Shown: positions 9,148 through 18,202 of the stretch, in pieces
Numbering within the stretch: the stretch's first letter is position 1
How the letters are laid out: the number at the start of each line of letters is the position of its first letter
The notes under the pieces: model-generated
The model's input: the letters and a program-made list of their open reading frames with translations, nothing else
Database searches by the model: none
What the model was told of the DNA's origin: nothing
Virus record (IMG/VR): IMGVR_UViG_3300028280_000010
Location: 1 to 31,496 of that record
Source of the DNA: a virus
Lineage: Duplodnaviria; Caudoviricetes
Strand: one strand, 5' to 3'
DNA: 31,496 nucleotides
Position numbers and translations under genes: made by a program

Positions 9148-9379
9148 CAGTATCTACTCCTTTCAAATATAATTGAATATCATGTTTCATATCTAGGTAA
9201 CGTTCATCTACATATTTTTGGAATGCGGTAGGTTTGATCCAAGCTGAACTACGTTCTGTATCATAACCAATTCTTTCAGCCCTACTACAAGCTACATTAA
9301 CACCTTCATATAAACATGCAAATCTTGCAACAAAATCTATACCATACTCTTGAATAATATCATCAGTCTTTTTTATCAT
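9113..9379 (-). CDS. Hypothetical protein
   Basis: 88-aa ORF with normal composition, overlapping both neighbours. Confidence 0.65.
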   Translation of the reverse strand: MIKKTDDIIQEYGIDFVARFACLYEGVNVACSRAERIGYDTERSSAWIKPTAFQKYVDERYLDMKHDIQLYLKGVDTDAIYPWDEVYK

Positions 9380-9758
9380 ATATAGATTGTATCACAGTTC
9401 CTATTAAAAAATAAATTAATCTATCTTCATCTATACTGTATAAATTTATAATTTCTTTTATATTATATAAATTAGAAGAAAGAATCTTTTTATTTAAATT
9501 AAAAAAAGAATTATCTAAATCTTTATTATTTTTTGATTCTATTTTAGAGATTTCCTCTTCAAGTAGTTTAAAAAAAGTTTCAAAAGATTTAAGTTTTTTA
9601 TTTTTCTGATAAACTCTCCCCGATAGTATTTGTTTCTCCTTTACATTATCATCTTGTTTAAAAAAGTTGATAATATCCTCTGACGCAATTTCTTTTTTTA
9701 TTTCAGGTCTATCGAAGCCATTTGGTACTTCTTTAATAATTTTATTAAATTTTTCCAT
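9363..9758 (-). CDS. Hypothetical protein
   Basis: 131-aa ORF overlapping both neighbours. Confidence 0.6.
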   Translation of the reverse strand: MEKFNKIIKEVPNGFDRPEIKKEIASEDIINFFKQDDNVKEKQILSGRVYQKNKKLKSFETFFKLLEEEISKIESKNNKDLDNSFFNLNKKILSSNLYNIKEIINLYSIDEDRLIYFLIGTVIQSIYDKKD

Positions 9759-10116
9759 TATCAGCTATTATTGGCGTTGTAACCATTGCTGTACCTATAT
9801 TAACAGCAGCTCTAATTTCATTTTTACATTCTTGACAACGATAAATCGTATCTTCTCCAATTGATAGTGTTACATTTTGTCTTGCACCGCAAGGACATGT
9901 AACTTCGATAGTATTATCAAATTCTAGTTTTTTTATTTCTGCGTTTACCTCTAAAGTTTTCTTTATAAGAAAATTTTCATAAACAGTGTTGAAGAAATAA
10001 AAGAATAATACTTGCAATATTGTAGCTAAAATAAACACTAACCAATCCTTGAATATTATACCAAACAAACCACTAACTAATAAAGTTAATGTTATTGACG
10101 TTAATAATTTTCTCAT
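9745..10116 (-). CDS. Membrane protein with a C-terminal zinc ribbon
   Basis: Two hydrophobic segments (about aa 4-22 and 26-45), then CPCG...CQEC. Confidence 0.65.
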   Translation of the reverse strand: MRKLLTSITLTLLVSGLFGIIFKDWLVFILATILQVLFFYFFNTVYENFLIKKTLEVNAEIKKLEFDNTIEVTCPCGARQNVTLSIGEDTIYRCQECKNEIRAAVNIGTAMVTTPIIADNGKI

Positions 10117-10496
10117 TACTTTATTTTACTAACCTTTTTTGTAATATCAACTAAATTACCTTTCATTTTAACAATATCTTTACCAATAGAATCTAAAGGT
10201 GTTTTATTTTTAATTACTTCGTTGGTATTTGCAATTTTTAAAAGCTCTTCTAAATTTTGTAGTGCAACGAAAGCACTAGATGCTACGTCGTCGAATTCAT
10301 TTAATGGATAAGGTATATTTTCTGGTGCAATATCGGTTCGATTTTGTTTGCTCATAATATCCTGAACACTGGATGGCTGCGACGGATATTCGGTTTTCTG
10401 CCCGGATACATCTCTTGCAACGTCAGGCATCATCTCTTGACTCGGGTCTTCTTTTAATATTTTCACGAAGTCATTAAATTTTTTGTATGATTGCAT
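10116..10496 (-). CDS. Hypothetical late protein, candidate head-internal protein
   Basis: MQSYKKFNDFVKILKE N-terminus; TATAAATA 5 nt upstream. Confidence 0.6.
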   Translation of the reverse strand: MQSYKKFNDFVKILKEDPSQEMMPDVARDVSGQKTEYPSQPSSVQDIMSKQNRTDIAPENIPYPLNEFDDVASSAFVALQNLEELLKIANTNEVIKNKTPLDSIGKDIVKMKGNLVDITKKVSKIK

Positions 10497-10501
10497 ATAA
10501 A

Positions 10502-10513
10502 TATTTATAAATA
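10502..10513. promoter_or_regulatory. Back-to-back overlapping late promoters (TATTTATAAATA)
   Basis: Perfect 12-bp palindrome containing TATAAATA on both strands, each exactly 5 nt from a start codon (10496 minus, 10519 plus). Confidence 0.8.
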
Positions 10514-10518
10514 ATAGT

Positions 10519-10935
10519 ATGAGCTTATACCAAAAACGATTTAAAAAGTTTTTATCTGAACAAGATGATGAAAATACCGAGTTAACAGATCAAGAAGCAA
10601 TGGCTTCTACACTTGATGCTGAAACGTCTCCTGAAGATTTTGACGTAGATGCACCAGCTACAGGTGAAGATCCAATTAATACCCAATCAAAACAAATGTT
10701 TGAAGAATTAAACGGTTGGATTATAAAAATGGATGAGTTTTCTAATTACCTTAATGGTACAACAGATAGTATACAAACTTCATTAAATGCCGCGTCATCA
10801 GATACAATTTTTGACAGTATCTCAAATGCAGAAACTAAAAAAATTGCTAGAGTAGCAATGGAAGTCTCATCACTCAGTGAAATTCTTAAAGGTTATTTAG
10901 CAGGTGCTAACGATCCAAAGTATAAATTTAATTAA
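10519..10935 (+). CDS. Acidic hypothetical late protein, candidate head-internal protein
   Basis: MSLYQKRFKKFLSE N-terminus, acidic linker, helical C-terminus. Confidence 0.65.
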   Translation: MSLYQKRFKKFLSEQDDENTELTDQEAMASTLDAETSPEDFDVDAPATGEDPINTQSKQMFEELNGWIIKMDEFSNYLNGTTDSIQTSLNAASSDTIFDSISNAETKKIARVAMEVSSLSEILKGYLAGANDPKYKFN

Positions 10936-10949
10936 CTTTAACTAACTTT

Positions 10950-10957
10950 TATAAATA
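10950..10957 (+). promoter_or_regulatory. Late promoter TATAAATA
   Basis: TATAAATA-ATAAT-ATG(10963). Confidence 0.7.
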
Positions 10958-10962
10958 ATAAT

Positions 10963-11451
10963 ATGAAAAGTAAATTCGATACAATATTTGAAGCCTATAT
11001 TAGCAATAAAACTCTTAATGAAAACTACGACGGGAAAGGTGCTGTAAATTTACTAGACCAACTTAAAGAAGAAGTACCAGAATTAGAAGACAAGATTAAT
11101 CAAATACTTTCACAGGTATTCGATGTTGTCGATATATTAAATCAAGAGCCTTATGCGGATGACCCTGTATTGGGAAAAGCATACGGTTCACTTATAGACG
11201 ATCATGTAAGGCCCATGGGTACGTTTAAAGAAGATAATGAAGATTTTGGTAATACTGACTATGACGTTGAAGAACCTTCTGTTTTCGAAAGACTTGAATC
11301 GCTTATGAGACGTCAGCCTAAACTTATAGGAGTTTTAAAGCCTATATTACTTGAATTTGAAGATGCATTAATGGAAATTGATAAAATAGATAATAATGAT
11401 TTTGACCCTCAAGAGGTGTTTACCAGTCTTGCTAGACTTTACCCATTTTAA
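10963..11451 (+). CDS. Acidic hypothetical late protein, candidate head-internal protein
   Basis: MKSKFDTIFEAYISNKTLNE N-terminus. Confidence 0.65.
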   Translation: MKSKFDTIFEAYISNKTLNENYDGKGAVNLLDQLKEEVPELEDKINQILSQVFDVVDILNQEPYADDPVLGKAYGSLIDDHVRPMGTFKEDNEDFGNTDYDVEEPSVFERLESLMRRQPKLIGVLKPILLEFEDALMEIDKIDNNDFDPQEVFTSLARLYPF

Positions 11452-11463
11452 TTAAATAATATT

Positions 11464-11748
11464 ATGAAAACGGATCAAAACTTAATTTTTGAAGCTTATA
11501 CTAAAACTAAAATTCTAGCTGAAAATGAATTAGACCCAGAAAGTGGTAGATTAGATGATGATTTAGTACCTGCTAAAACAGAAACAATCGGCGAATTTGA
11601 TAATTTTATTGACGCTGCTACTAATTTTGCCGATTCAATTGACGATAAAGAGCTCGAGTTTCTCGTAAAAGGCTTAACGAAGGATAATTTAGGTTCGTTT
11701 TTAGGTGTTATACGCGACGAGTACGGGTATCGTGGTCAGATCAATTAA
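11464..11748 (+). CDS. Acidic hypothetical late protein, candidate head-internal protein
   Basis: MKTDQNLIFEAYTKTKILAE N-terminus shares IFEAY with the previous gene; ATTAAATA 5 nt upstream. Confidence 0.65.
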   Translation: MKTDQNLIFEAYTKTKILAENELDPESGRLDDDLVPAKTETIGEFDNFIDAATNFADSIDDKELEFLVKGLTKDNLGSFLGVIRDEYGYRGQIN

Positions 11749-11753
11749 TATAA

Positions 11754-12785
11754 CTAACTATTTTTAATCTCAGTTAATAATAATTTAGCTTTAAGACCTG
11801 AATGAGTATTTTTTAATATAAATTCAGGTTTTATTTTGTATTTATCACCAGCTACGCATATATCATTAAAGTCTTTAAACTGCTTTAATTCTTTAGGCCA
11901 TATAAAAACTTTTTCATTATTATCAGCCAATATAATACTTTTACTTAAAGCTGCTTTATCACAGTATTGGTTATCTAATACATAAATTTTTTCATATAAG
12001 TTTAGTTTATTGATCTGTTGTAATTGTAATGTTGTAAACATTTTGTTACTCTTTTCAGTAATACCGCAAGTAGCTAAACCGTTTTCAACAAAATAACTAT
12101 CAATCGGACCTTCAAATATAAAAACGTTATCTAAGTTTGAATTTATATTTTGCATACCATATAAACTTCTTTCAGCACCCACTTTACTTAGATATTTCGG
12201 TCTTTCAAATAAATCCTTTTTAGTTAACCCTCTGGACTGATAAAATATAATATCACCATTTTCATCATAGAAAGGTAAGATTAGTCTATTTTTATGAACT
12301 ATATCTTTTAACGATATATAAAACGTTTTAGGCTTATTAATACCTTTATCTAGTTTACGCGTTTTAATTAAGTTTAAAGCTGCTATAACTGCTGCATTAT
12401 CTTTATAGTATTCTACTTGACTAGGATCAGATAAGTTAATACAATCTTCTGGTAAACTCTTATCTATTACCTTTTTAACTTCTTCAGGTTCTTCTATAGG
12501 TAAAATCTCTATATCAAACTCTTTAACTTCATTTATAATTTCATGTAAAGATTTATTCGTTACTTCAGTTATAAATGTTAGGGCCTTTTTACTATACCCG
12601 CAGTTATGGCAATATGCTAACTCATTTTCCGGTATATAATAAAATCGTTTTTTCTTACCCCACGATTTACCTTCTTTACAAATAGGGCAACAACCATTAT
12701 ACGATTTATTGTATTTATTATATGAGATCTTATAGATATTCTCATATAAAACGTTTACAACATATTGCTCTGGTATAACTATCAC
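11754..12785 (-). CDS. DNA primase (T4 gp61-like)
   Basis: GTG start; zinc finger CPIC...YCHNCG; RLILPFYD...YQSR; TOPRIM motifs FEGPIDS, VLDN and KDFND. Confidence 0.93.
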   Translation of the reverse strand: MIVIPEQYVVNVLYENIYKISYNKYNKSYNGCCPICKEGKSWGKKKRFYYIPENELAYCHNCGYSKKALTFITEVTNKSLHEIINEVKEFDIEILPIEEPEEVKKVIDKSLPEDCINLSDPSQVEYYKDNAAVIAALNLIKTRKLDKGINKPKTFYISLKDIVHKNRLILPFYDENGDIIFYQSRGLTKKDLFERPKYLSKVGAERSLYGMQNINSNLDNVFIFEGPIDSYFVENGLATCGITEKSNKMFTTLQLQQINKLNLYEKIYVLDNQYCDKAALSKSIILADNNEKVFIWPKELKQFKDFNDICVAGDKYKIKPEFILKNTHSGLKAKLLLTEIKNS

Positions 12786-12791
12786 ATTTTA

Positions 12792-12819
12792 ATTATAAAT
12801 GCAATATATTATATTTCAA
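12792..12819 (-). promoter_or_regulatory. Sigma70-like promoter TTGAAA-N16-TATAAT (primase)
   Basis: The -10 box ends 6 nt before GTG 12785. Confidence 0.7.
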
Positions 12820-12821
12820 GT

Positions 12822-13067
12822 CTAACCCCTACTTTGTGTAGTATTACTATCAGATAAAGCTGAATTATAATCTTGTATAAGCTCACCTGTCTTAGCATCT
12901 TTAATAGATACTAAACCTTTTTTAATTATATGACCAGTAACTGGGTCAGACATAACAGCTTGTTCATAAGTTTTACCATTAGCATCGTATGTATTGAAAA
13001 CAGGTCTTACCGTTTCCCCGGTATATGGAGAACGTATTTGCTGCGGGTTTATAAATTGATCTTGCAT
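12822..13067 (-). CDS. Hypothetical late protein
   Basis: 81 aa; CATAAATA 5 nt upstream; repeated SPYTGE/DPVTGH/DAKTGE turns. Confidence 0.65.
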   Translation of the reverse strand: MQDQFINPQQIRSPYTGETVRPVFNTYDANGKTYEQAVMSDPVTGHIIKKGLVSIKDAKTGELIQDYNSALSDSNTTQSRG

Positions 13068-13075
13068 ACAATTAT

Positions 13076-13960
13076 TTATGACAGTAACTCTAATAATCTA
13101 TTTTTTTGAAAAAATGTTGTATACCATTTTGTGTCGTTTTTAACAATTTGACTTAAATTATAATCTTTACTTAATTTTTTAAATTGATCATAATCAGTTT
13201 CACTCTTACATTCAGATAATTGATTTAAAACATAATCTCTTTCATCTCTATCTTCTGTTAATGTTACTAATTCAAGATTTCTTTTATATATTTTAACTTC
13301 TTCTTCTGTTAAATTAACTTCACCTTTAAAAAATTTATCTATTTTTACTTTACCGAAACCTTTTAAACCAGGAATATTGTCACTTTTATCACCTGTTAAT
13401 GCTTTAACTTTAATAAAATCTTTAATATCATATTTTAATATTTCTTTAAAATTACCTTTATTAATTTCCACCTTTCTTATCGGGTCATATACTGAAACTT
13501 TACCAGAAATTAATTGACAAAGATCTTTATCTACAGTAACGATAATATGTTTAAATAATTTTTTAGTAATATGAAATTTAGTCTTAGTAAGTTTATCGTA
13601 AGCATCGTTTATTATCTTAATAACATCATCAGCTTCGTATGATCTAGGAAATATTGATGGTATACCTAATGTATTTAACATTTCCTTAATGATTTCGTTC
13701 TTTGCATGCACCTCTTTACCGTATTCTGGATCACGATTTCCTTTATAATCTTCTAGAAGTTCCTTACGTTTATTGAGTCTATAGTCAGGTTTTTCGTCCC
13801 ACACACATATAACCTTATCTGGTTGATACATTTCAACATAACTTTTAACACTATTCAGAAACATATAAACATGATAGTTTTCTGACACATTTTTAATGTT
13901 CTTAGCTACCCAATATACTCGGTGAACTAAATTATTACCGTCAATTGTTAGTATTTTCAT
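13076..13960 (-). CDS. 5'-3' exonuclease/flap nuclease (T4 RNase H / PolI 5' nuclease family)
   Basis: IDGNNL, VWD, YKGNR, YEADDVI, VTVDKDLCQL and GDKSDNIPGLKGFG (H3TH) motifs. Confidence 0.93.
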   Translation of the reverse strand: MKILTIDGNNLVHRVYWVAKNIKNVSENYHVYMFLNSVKSYVEMYQPDKVICVWDEKPDYRLNKRKELLEDYKGNRDPEYGKEVHAKNEIIKEMLNTLGIPSIFPRSYEADDVIKIINDAYDKLTKTKFHITKKLFKHIIVTVDKDLCQLISGKVSVYDPIRKVEINKGNFKEILKYDIKDFIKVKALTGDKSDNIPGLKGFGKVKIDKFFKGEVNLTEEEVKIYKRNLELVTLTEDRDERDYVLNQLSECKSETDYDQFKKLSKDYNLSQIVKNDTKWYTTFFQKNRLLELLS

Positions 13961-14210
13961 TTTTTTTATATTGTGCTGTTATGACTTTATTAACATATTT
14001 TGGTACCTTTTCAACGAATTTAATAATATCCTTGTCAAGTCCCTCGTCGAAATCCTTTTGCGGTATTTTCGTTGTTTTCATATCAGGCATCCTAAGAAAA
14101 TTATACGTCTGTTCCTTTTTATCCCTACATACAAACGCAAATAACTGACCTGCATATGGTCCATGGTGACATGCATAAACATTTCCTGAATTTATTTTAG
14201 TTTTGCGCAT
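13941..14210 (-). CDS. Hypothetical protein
   Basis: 89-aa ORF overlapping both neighbours. Confidence 0.6.
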   Translation of the reverse strand: MRKTKINSGNVYACHHGPYAGQLFAFVCRDKKEQTYNFLRMPDMKTTKIPQKDFDEGLDKDIIKFVEKVPKYVNKVITAQYKKNENTNN

Positions 14211-15156
14211 AAATCTTAACTAATTCTTCTAATTGACTGTCAAAATCAGTATATAAAGGTTCAAAAAATAGTTCTTCTTGAATCTTACTGCAGTCAATGC
14301 TATATCTAAAATCATGACCAAGTCTATCTTCGACAAACACCGCACTTTTATCTAAATCCTTATTCATTATCTTGCAGATTTTATCAACTAATTCGATATT
14401 TGTAAATTCTAATCCAGACCCGATGTTATATACTTCATTTTTGCCTTTTGTCGCGACTGCCCAAACAGCTAAATTATGATCATACACGTGTATCCACTCG
14501 CGGATATTTAAACCTTCACCGTAAATTGGTACTTTCTTATTTTTACTAAGTGATTTTATAATGGTCGGTATGAATTTTTCACTATGCTGATTAGGACCGT
14601 AATTATTGCAGCATCGAGTAATACTAATATTGCAATTAAATGTATTAATGTACGCGTTACATAAGAGATCGCTTGATGCCTTACTAGCAGCATATGGAGA
14701 ACGAGGGTCAATCGGAGTCGACTCAGTAAATGAGGGGTCATTAAACCCTAAATGTCCGTAAACCTCATCAGTTGAAATATGTACCATCTTACCGTATTTT
14801 GCATTACGGAAACACTCGAGTAAATTCTGCGTACCCACTACATTAGATTGTATAAAAATAGACGGATCTTTAATACTATTATCGACGTGAGACTCTGCAG
14901 CGAAGTGGAATATATAGTCAAATTTATCTTCTGTCTCAAAAAGCATATCTAGCTTCTTTTTATCTACTAAATTAAATGTATATTCTTTATCACATAAACC
15001 AGCTACATATTTTTTATTTGACGCGTACCCGTTTTTATCTAGACACACTATACGATGCTGCGGGAAATTATCTCTAATAAATCGGATAAAATTACCTCCT
15101 ATAAATCCGTAACCGCCGGTTACTAAAATATTTCTTCCATCATTACTTTGCTTCAT
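14197..15156 (-). CDS. rmlB: dTDP-glucose 4,6-dehydratase
   Basis: ILVTGGYGFIG, HFAAESHVDNSI, HISTDEVYG, SPYAASKASSD, NNYGPNQHSEKFIP, REWIHVYDH, DRLGHDFRY. ATG 15156 preferred over the track's 15162. Confidence 0.95.
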   Translation of the reverse strand: MKQSNDGRNILVTGGYGFIGGNFIRFIRDNFPQHRIVCLDKNGYASNKKYVAGLCDKEYTFNLVDKKKLDMLFETEDKFDYIFHFAAESHVDNSIKDPSIFIQSNVVGTQNLLECFRNAKYGKMVHISTDEVYGHLGFNDPSFTESTPIDPRSPYAASKASSDLLCNAYINTFNCNISITRCCNNYGPNQHSEKFIPTIIKSLSKNKKVPIYGEGLNIREWIHVYDHNLAVWAVATKGKNEVYNIGSGLEFTNIELVDKICKIMNKDLDKSAVFVEDRLGHDFRYSIDCSKIQEELFFEPLYTDFDSQLEELVKIYAQN

Positions 15157-15901
15157 AACCAATTTTATTATTTGTTCTCGTTTGTATAGCTTTTACAAAA
15201 TTACCAGCATCTAATAAATCGTCAATTGTACCGCAATCAAACCACGCAGCTCCTTTATCCAATTTATAAATGCTAATATTTTTCTCTGCTATATACTGCT
15301 TAATTACATCGACGATTTCGTATTCACCGCGATTGCTTTTCTTACAATTCTTTGCTTTATCGATGACTGTATCATCGAAGAAGTATAAGCCGGGTATAGC
15401 GTAATTACTTGGTGCATCAACGGGTTTTTCAATAACATCAATTAATACCCCATCATCATCAAAAGCAGCAACTCCATATGCATTCGGGTTATTAACTTCA
15501 TAACCAAATATAATATTTTCATCTGGTAAGATATTTGCAAGATCTTCGTTTAATGTATCGCTATAAAAAATATTATCCCCTAAAGCTAATACAACTGAAT
15601 GTCCCTTAATATATTCTTCTGCTAAAATAAATGCTTGCGCTAAACCATTAGGGTCTTCTTGCATTACAATATTCTTTTTTACTGGTAAGTCTAGCTTCTT
15701 AATTAATTTTTTAAAATTATAATACTGATCTGGTTTGATAATAAAGATAATTTCATCCACACCAGCATCCAACACCGTCTGTATGGGATATAGTAATAGC
15801 GGTTTATCGTAAACTGGTAAAACTTGTTTTGAGATACTATATGTTAGCGGGTACAATCTTGTACCGTTACCACCAGCTAAAATTATACCTTTTCTTGCCA
15901 T
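15143..15901 (-). CDS. rmlA: Glucose-1-phosphate thymidylyltransferase
   Basis: Start re-assigned to MARKGIILAGGNGTRLYPLT (15901); SKQVLPVYDKP, LALGDNIF, EKP, RGEYEI and WFDCGT motifs. Confidence 0.95.
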   Translation of the reverse strand: MARKGIILAGGNGTRLYPLTYSISKQVLPVYDKPLLLYPIQTVLDAGVDEIIFIIKPDQYYNFKKLIKKLDLPVKKNIVMQEDPNGLAQAFILAEEYIKGHSVVLALGDNIFYSDTLNEDLANILPDENIIFGYEVNNPNAYGVAAFDDDGVLIDVIEKPVDAPSNYAIPGLYFFDDTVIDKAKNCKKSNRGEYEIVDVIKQYIAEKNISIYKLDKGAAWFDCGTIDDLLDAGNFVKAIQTRTNNKIGYEAK

Positions 15902-16746
15902 AATTCTGATTTTTGTAAAATAGCGCAATTAAGTCTAATATAATATTCTTCATCTCCAAAATCAAAATCAAAGTCTCTCTTAGCTTTACTATTATCTAAT
16001 ACACAATTACTTCTATTAGCTTTGATTGGTAAATCTTCATACGGTACAAATTCCCATTTATCGTTTTGCAAACCGTATTCAGTCATAATATCTGTAACTT
16101 CTTTTGTTGATAAAGTATTACTATGTACTGCATTATAAATACCTGGTTTAAAATTCTCTGCAACTACCTCAACAAACTCACATAATCTTCCTACATCAGT
16201 TTTACTATTTTTAAAGTTAATAATGTTATTGTATTTCTTAAGTTTAGAAAGAAGATTCTTATGGTCCATCTTACCTGTAACTGGCATTCTAATACGAATA
16301 ATATTAGTAAAGTCTTTATCTAAAAACATCTCGCTTAAATGCTTTGTCTTACTATAAAAACTAGAATCGGGATTATATATACCAAAATTAGGTTCGTCGT
16401 CTTCTACATAATCTTTATCGTAACCGGTATATATACAACCAGAACTCACGTTAATAAATTTAGCATTTGCAGCTTTACACTCTTCTTCAATTACTAGCGG
16501 CACTGTAATGTTATATAACGTACACGAAGCTTTATTATCTTCGCATGCATCTACGTTAGGGTAACCTGTATATCCACATGTATTAACTATAACATCAATT
16601 TTATGCGTTTTAATAAATTCTCGAAGACGATACGGTACGTGATACTGATCGTCTGTCTGGTTAAGAAGGTATGTAAGATGGTTATCTGAAAGGTAACTAT
16701 TAAGATATTTACCAATAAACCCTGATCCGAGTATAGCTATATTCAT
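15883..16746 (-). CDS. NDP-4-keto-6-deoxyglucose 3,5-epimerase/4-reductase (RmlD-fold, NRS/ER-like)
   Basis: LGSGFIG Rossmann motif, GYTGYPNVDACE, SSGCIY, PNF...SSFYSKTK and IRIRMP resemble the bifunctional NRS/ER (UER1-type) subfamily. Confidence 0.8.
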   Translation of the reverse strand: MNIAILGSGFIGKYLNSYLSDNHLTYLLNQTDDQYHVPYRLREFIKTHKIDVIVNTCGYTGYPNVDACEDNKASCTLYNITVPLVIEEECKAANAKFINVSSGCIYTGYDKDYVEDDEPNFGIYNPDSSFYSKTKHLSEMFLDKDFTNIIRIRMPVTGKMDHKNLLSKLKKYNNIINFKNSKTDVGRLCEFVEVVAENFKPGIYNAVHSNTLSTKEVTDIMTEYGLQNDKWEFVPYEDLPIKANRSNCVLDNSKAKRDFDFDFGDEEYYIRLNCAILQKSELWQEKV

Positions 16747-16753
16747 ATACTAT

Positions 16754-16781
16754 ATTATAGTATAAAATTACCAAAAATCAA
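16754..16781 (-). promoter_or_regulatory. Sigma70-like promoter TTGATT-N16-TATAAT (rml operon)
   Basis: The -10 box ends 7 nt before ATG 16746; the -35 box overlaps the TGA stop of the upstream gene. Confidence 0.7.
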
Positions 16782-17086
16782 TGTAAAGAACTCATTATAA
16801 ATTTTTGTATATACTGGTTCAATGCATCAGCATCAATATCATTTTTAGCATAAAAAACAGGTTTTATTGAGTTACCGTTAAAATCATATCCCATAATTAT
16901 GAAACATTTCATAAATTCAGCACATGTTGAAACCATTGCTTCTATTTCATTATCAGTTTTACGGTTATTAAATTTTTGAGTAACGAAATTCTTTAAAGCA
17001 TCTCTAATCAAATTTTCAGTTTCTTGATCTATTGGCTTATCGACGATTTCTTCTTTACTCTTTTTTTCTGAATCTTCGTCACTCAT
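16778..17086 (-). CDS. Hypothetical protein (late promoter)
   Basis: 102 aa; ATTAAATA 5 nt upstream. Confidence 0.65.
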   Translation of the reverse strand: MSDEDSEKKSKEEIVDKPIDQETENLIRDALKNFVTQKFNNRKTDNEIEAMVSTCAEFMKCFIIMGYDFNGNSIKPVFYAKNDIDADALNQYIQKFIMSSLH

Positions 17087-17090
17087 TAAA

Positions 17091-17447
17091 TTATTTAATA
17101 CGGCTGAACGGGTTATTTGCAGGGTTATTATTAATACCCTTCTCTAATAACTGGTTAACTACCACTTCAATACTATCTGTTTTTAAATAGAAACCTTTAT
17201 TAAAATTGTTTCCACCATCATCGAATTCGAATAAAACGTCACCTTTTTCATCTTTATTAGTAAAACATGTTATATAAACACTATGGTACCCTGGATCTAC
17301 TAAAACTGTCCATCTTCTTGGATCGACATCTGAATATGCATTAAACATTTTAAGAACTACAAAGCCATTATCTTTTAATCTCTTAATAAAATAACCAGCA
17401 GTTTTAATTTTATTTTTCACTTTATGCTCGGACCAATCTTTTTTCAT
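17091..17447 (-). CDS. Hypothetical protein
   Basis: 118-aa globular-looking ORF immediately downstream of the clamp gene. Confidence 0.65.
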   Translation of the reverse strand: MKKDWSEHKVKNKIKTAGYFIKRLKDNGFVVLKMFNAYSDVDPRRWTVLVDPGYHSVYITCFTNKDEKGDVLFEFDDGGNNFNKGFYLKTDSIEVVVNQLLEKGINNNPANNPFSRIK

Positions 17448-17450
17448 ATA

Positions 17451-18185
17451 CTAATTAATTAATGCTGAAATAATATAAATCAATTGAGTATTACCTTTTT
17501 TAAAATCGCAAGTAATAACACCCATATCTGTATTAATATTAAATTTAACTTCTCTACTTCCACCGAAGCTAATTAATCTAAATGAATCAAAATTTACAGG
17601 TAAAGGCTTTTCAATATTACCTTCATATTCTTCACTCATTAAACATACAAAGTTATCAGAATTATGTCTAGATCTATCACCTAATTCACTATAAATTTTA
17701 TGATCTTCTTCGTATATATAAACCTTAGACGTTTCAGTAGCAAACGTACTACCTTTAAATAAAGTATTAAGTTCTTTTTCTTTTACTGTGAAGTTATTAT
17801 TAAAATTTAATTGCTTTATCTTTTCAACATTTAATTTCGGTTGTTTAATAATACCATCATCTAGTAAATGATACTTAAATTTATAACCATTATTATTATA
17901 AGCAATATTATTTGTATTAATTTGTAATTTGATATCTACAGATGGTATAATATCTAAAACTCTAACAAGCTTTTTAATATCTGGTAAATTTAAAGTAGTC
18001 TTATCTTCTAAATCAGTTTCGATTTCAATAGAAGTTCTACATACTATAGTTGCATCAGCAGATGATAAAGTACAATTTATTCTACTACCTTCGATAGATA
18101 ATATGCATGCATCGTTAAGATTTGAAACTGGTACTAAAAAGTTAGATACAAAGTCTTTTTTATTTTTTATTTTTAAATAACCCAT
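17451..18185 (-). CDS. Sliding clamp (T4 gp45/PCNA-like)
   Basis: 244 aa with a two-domain alpha/beta pattern (VSNLNDACILSI...LNLPDIKKLVRVL...FKYHLLD...LIYIISAL) in a replication context. Confidence 0.7.
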   Translation of the reverse strand: MGYLKIKNKKDFVSNFLVPVSNLNDACILSIEGSRINCTLSSADATIVCRTSIEIETDLEDKTTLNLPDIKKLVRVLDIIPSVDIKLQINTNNIAYNNNGYKFKYHLLDDGIIKQPKLNVEKIKQLNFNNNFTVKEKELNTLFKGSTFATETSKVYIYEEDHKIYSELGDRSRHNSDNFVCLMSEEYEGNIEKPLPVNFDSFRLISFGGSREVKFNINTDMGVITCDFKKGNTQLIYIISALIN

Positions 18186-18202
18186 AAACTAAATCTATTA
18201 TA

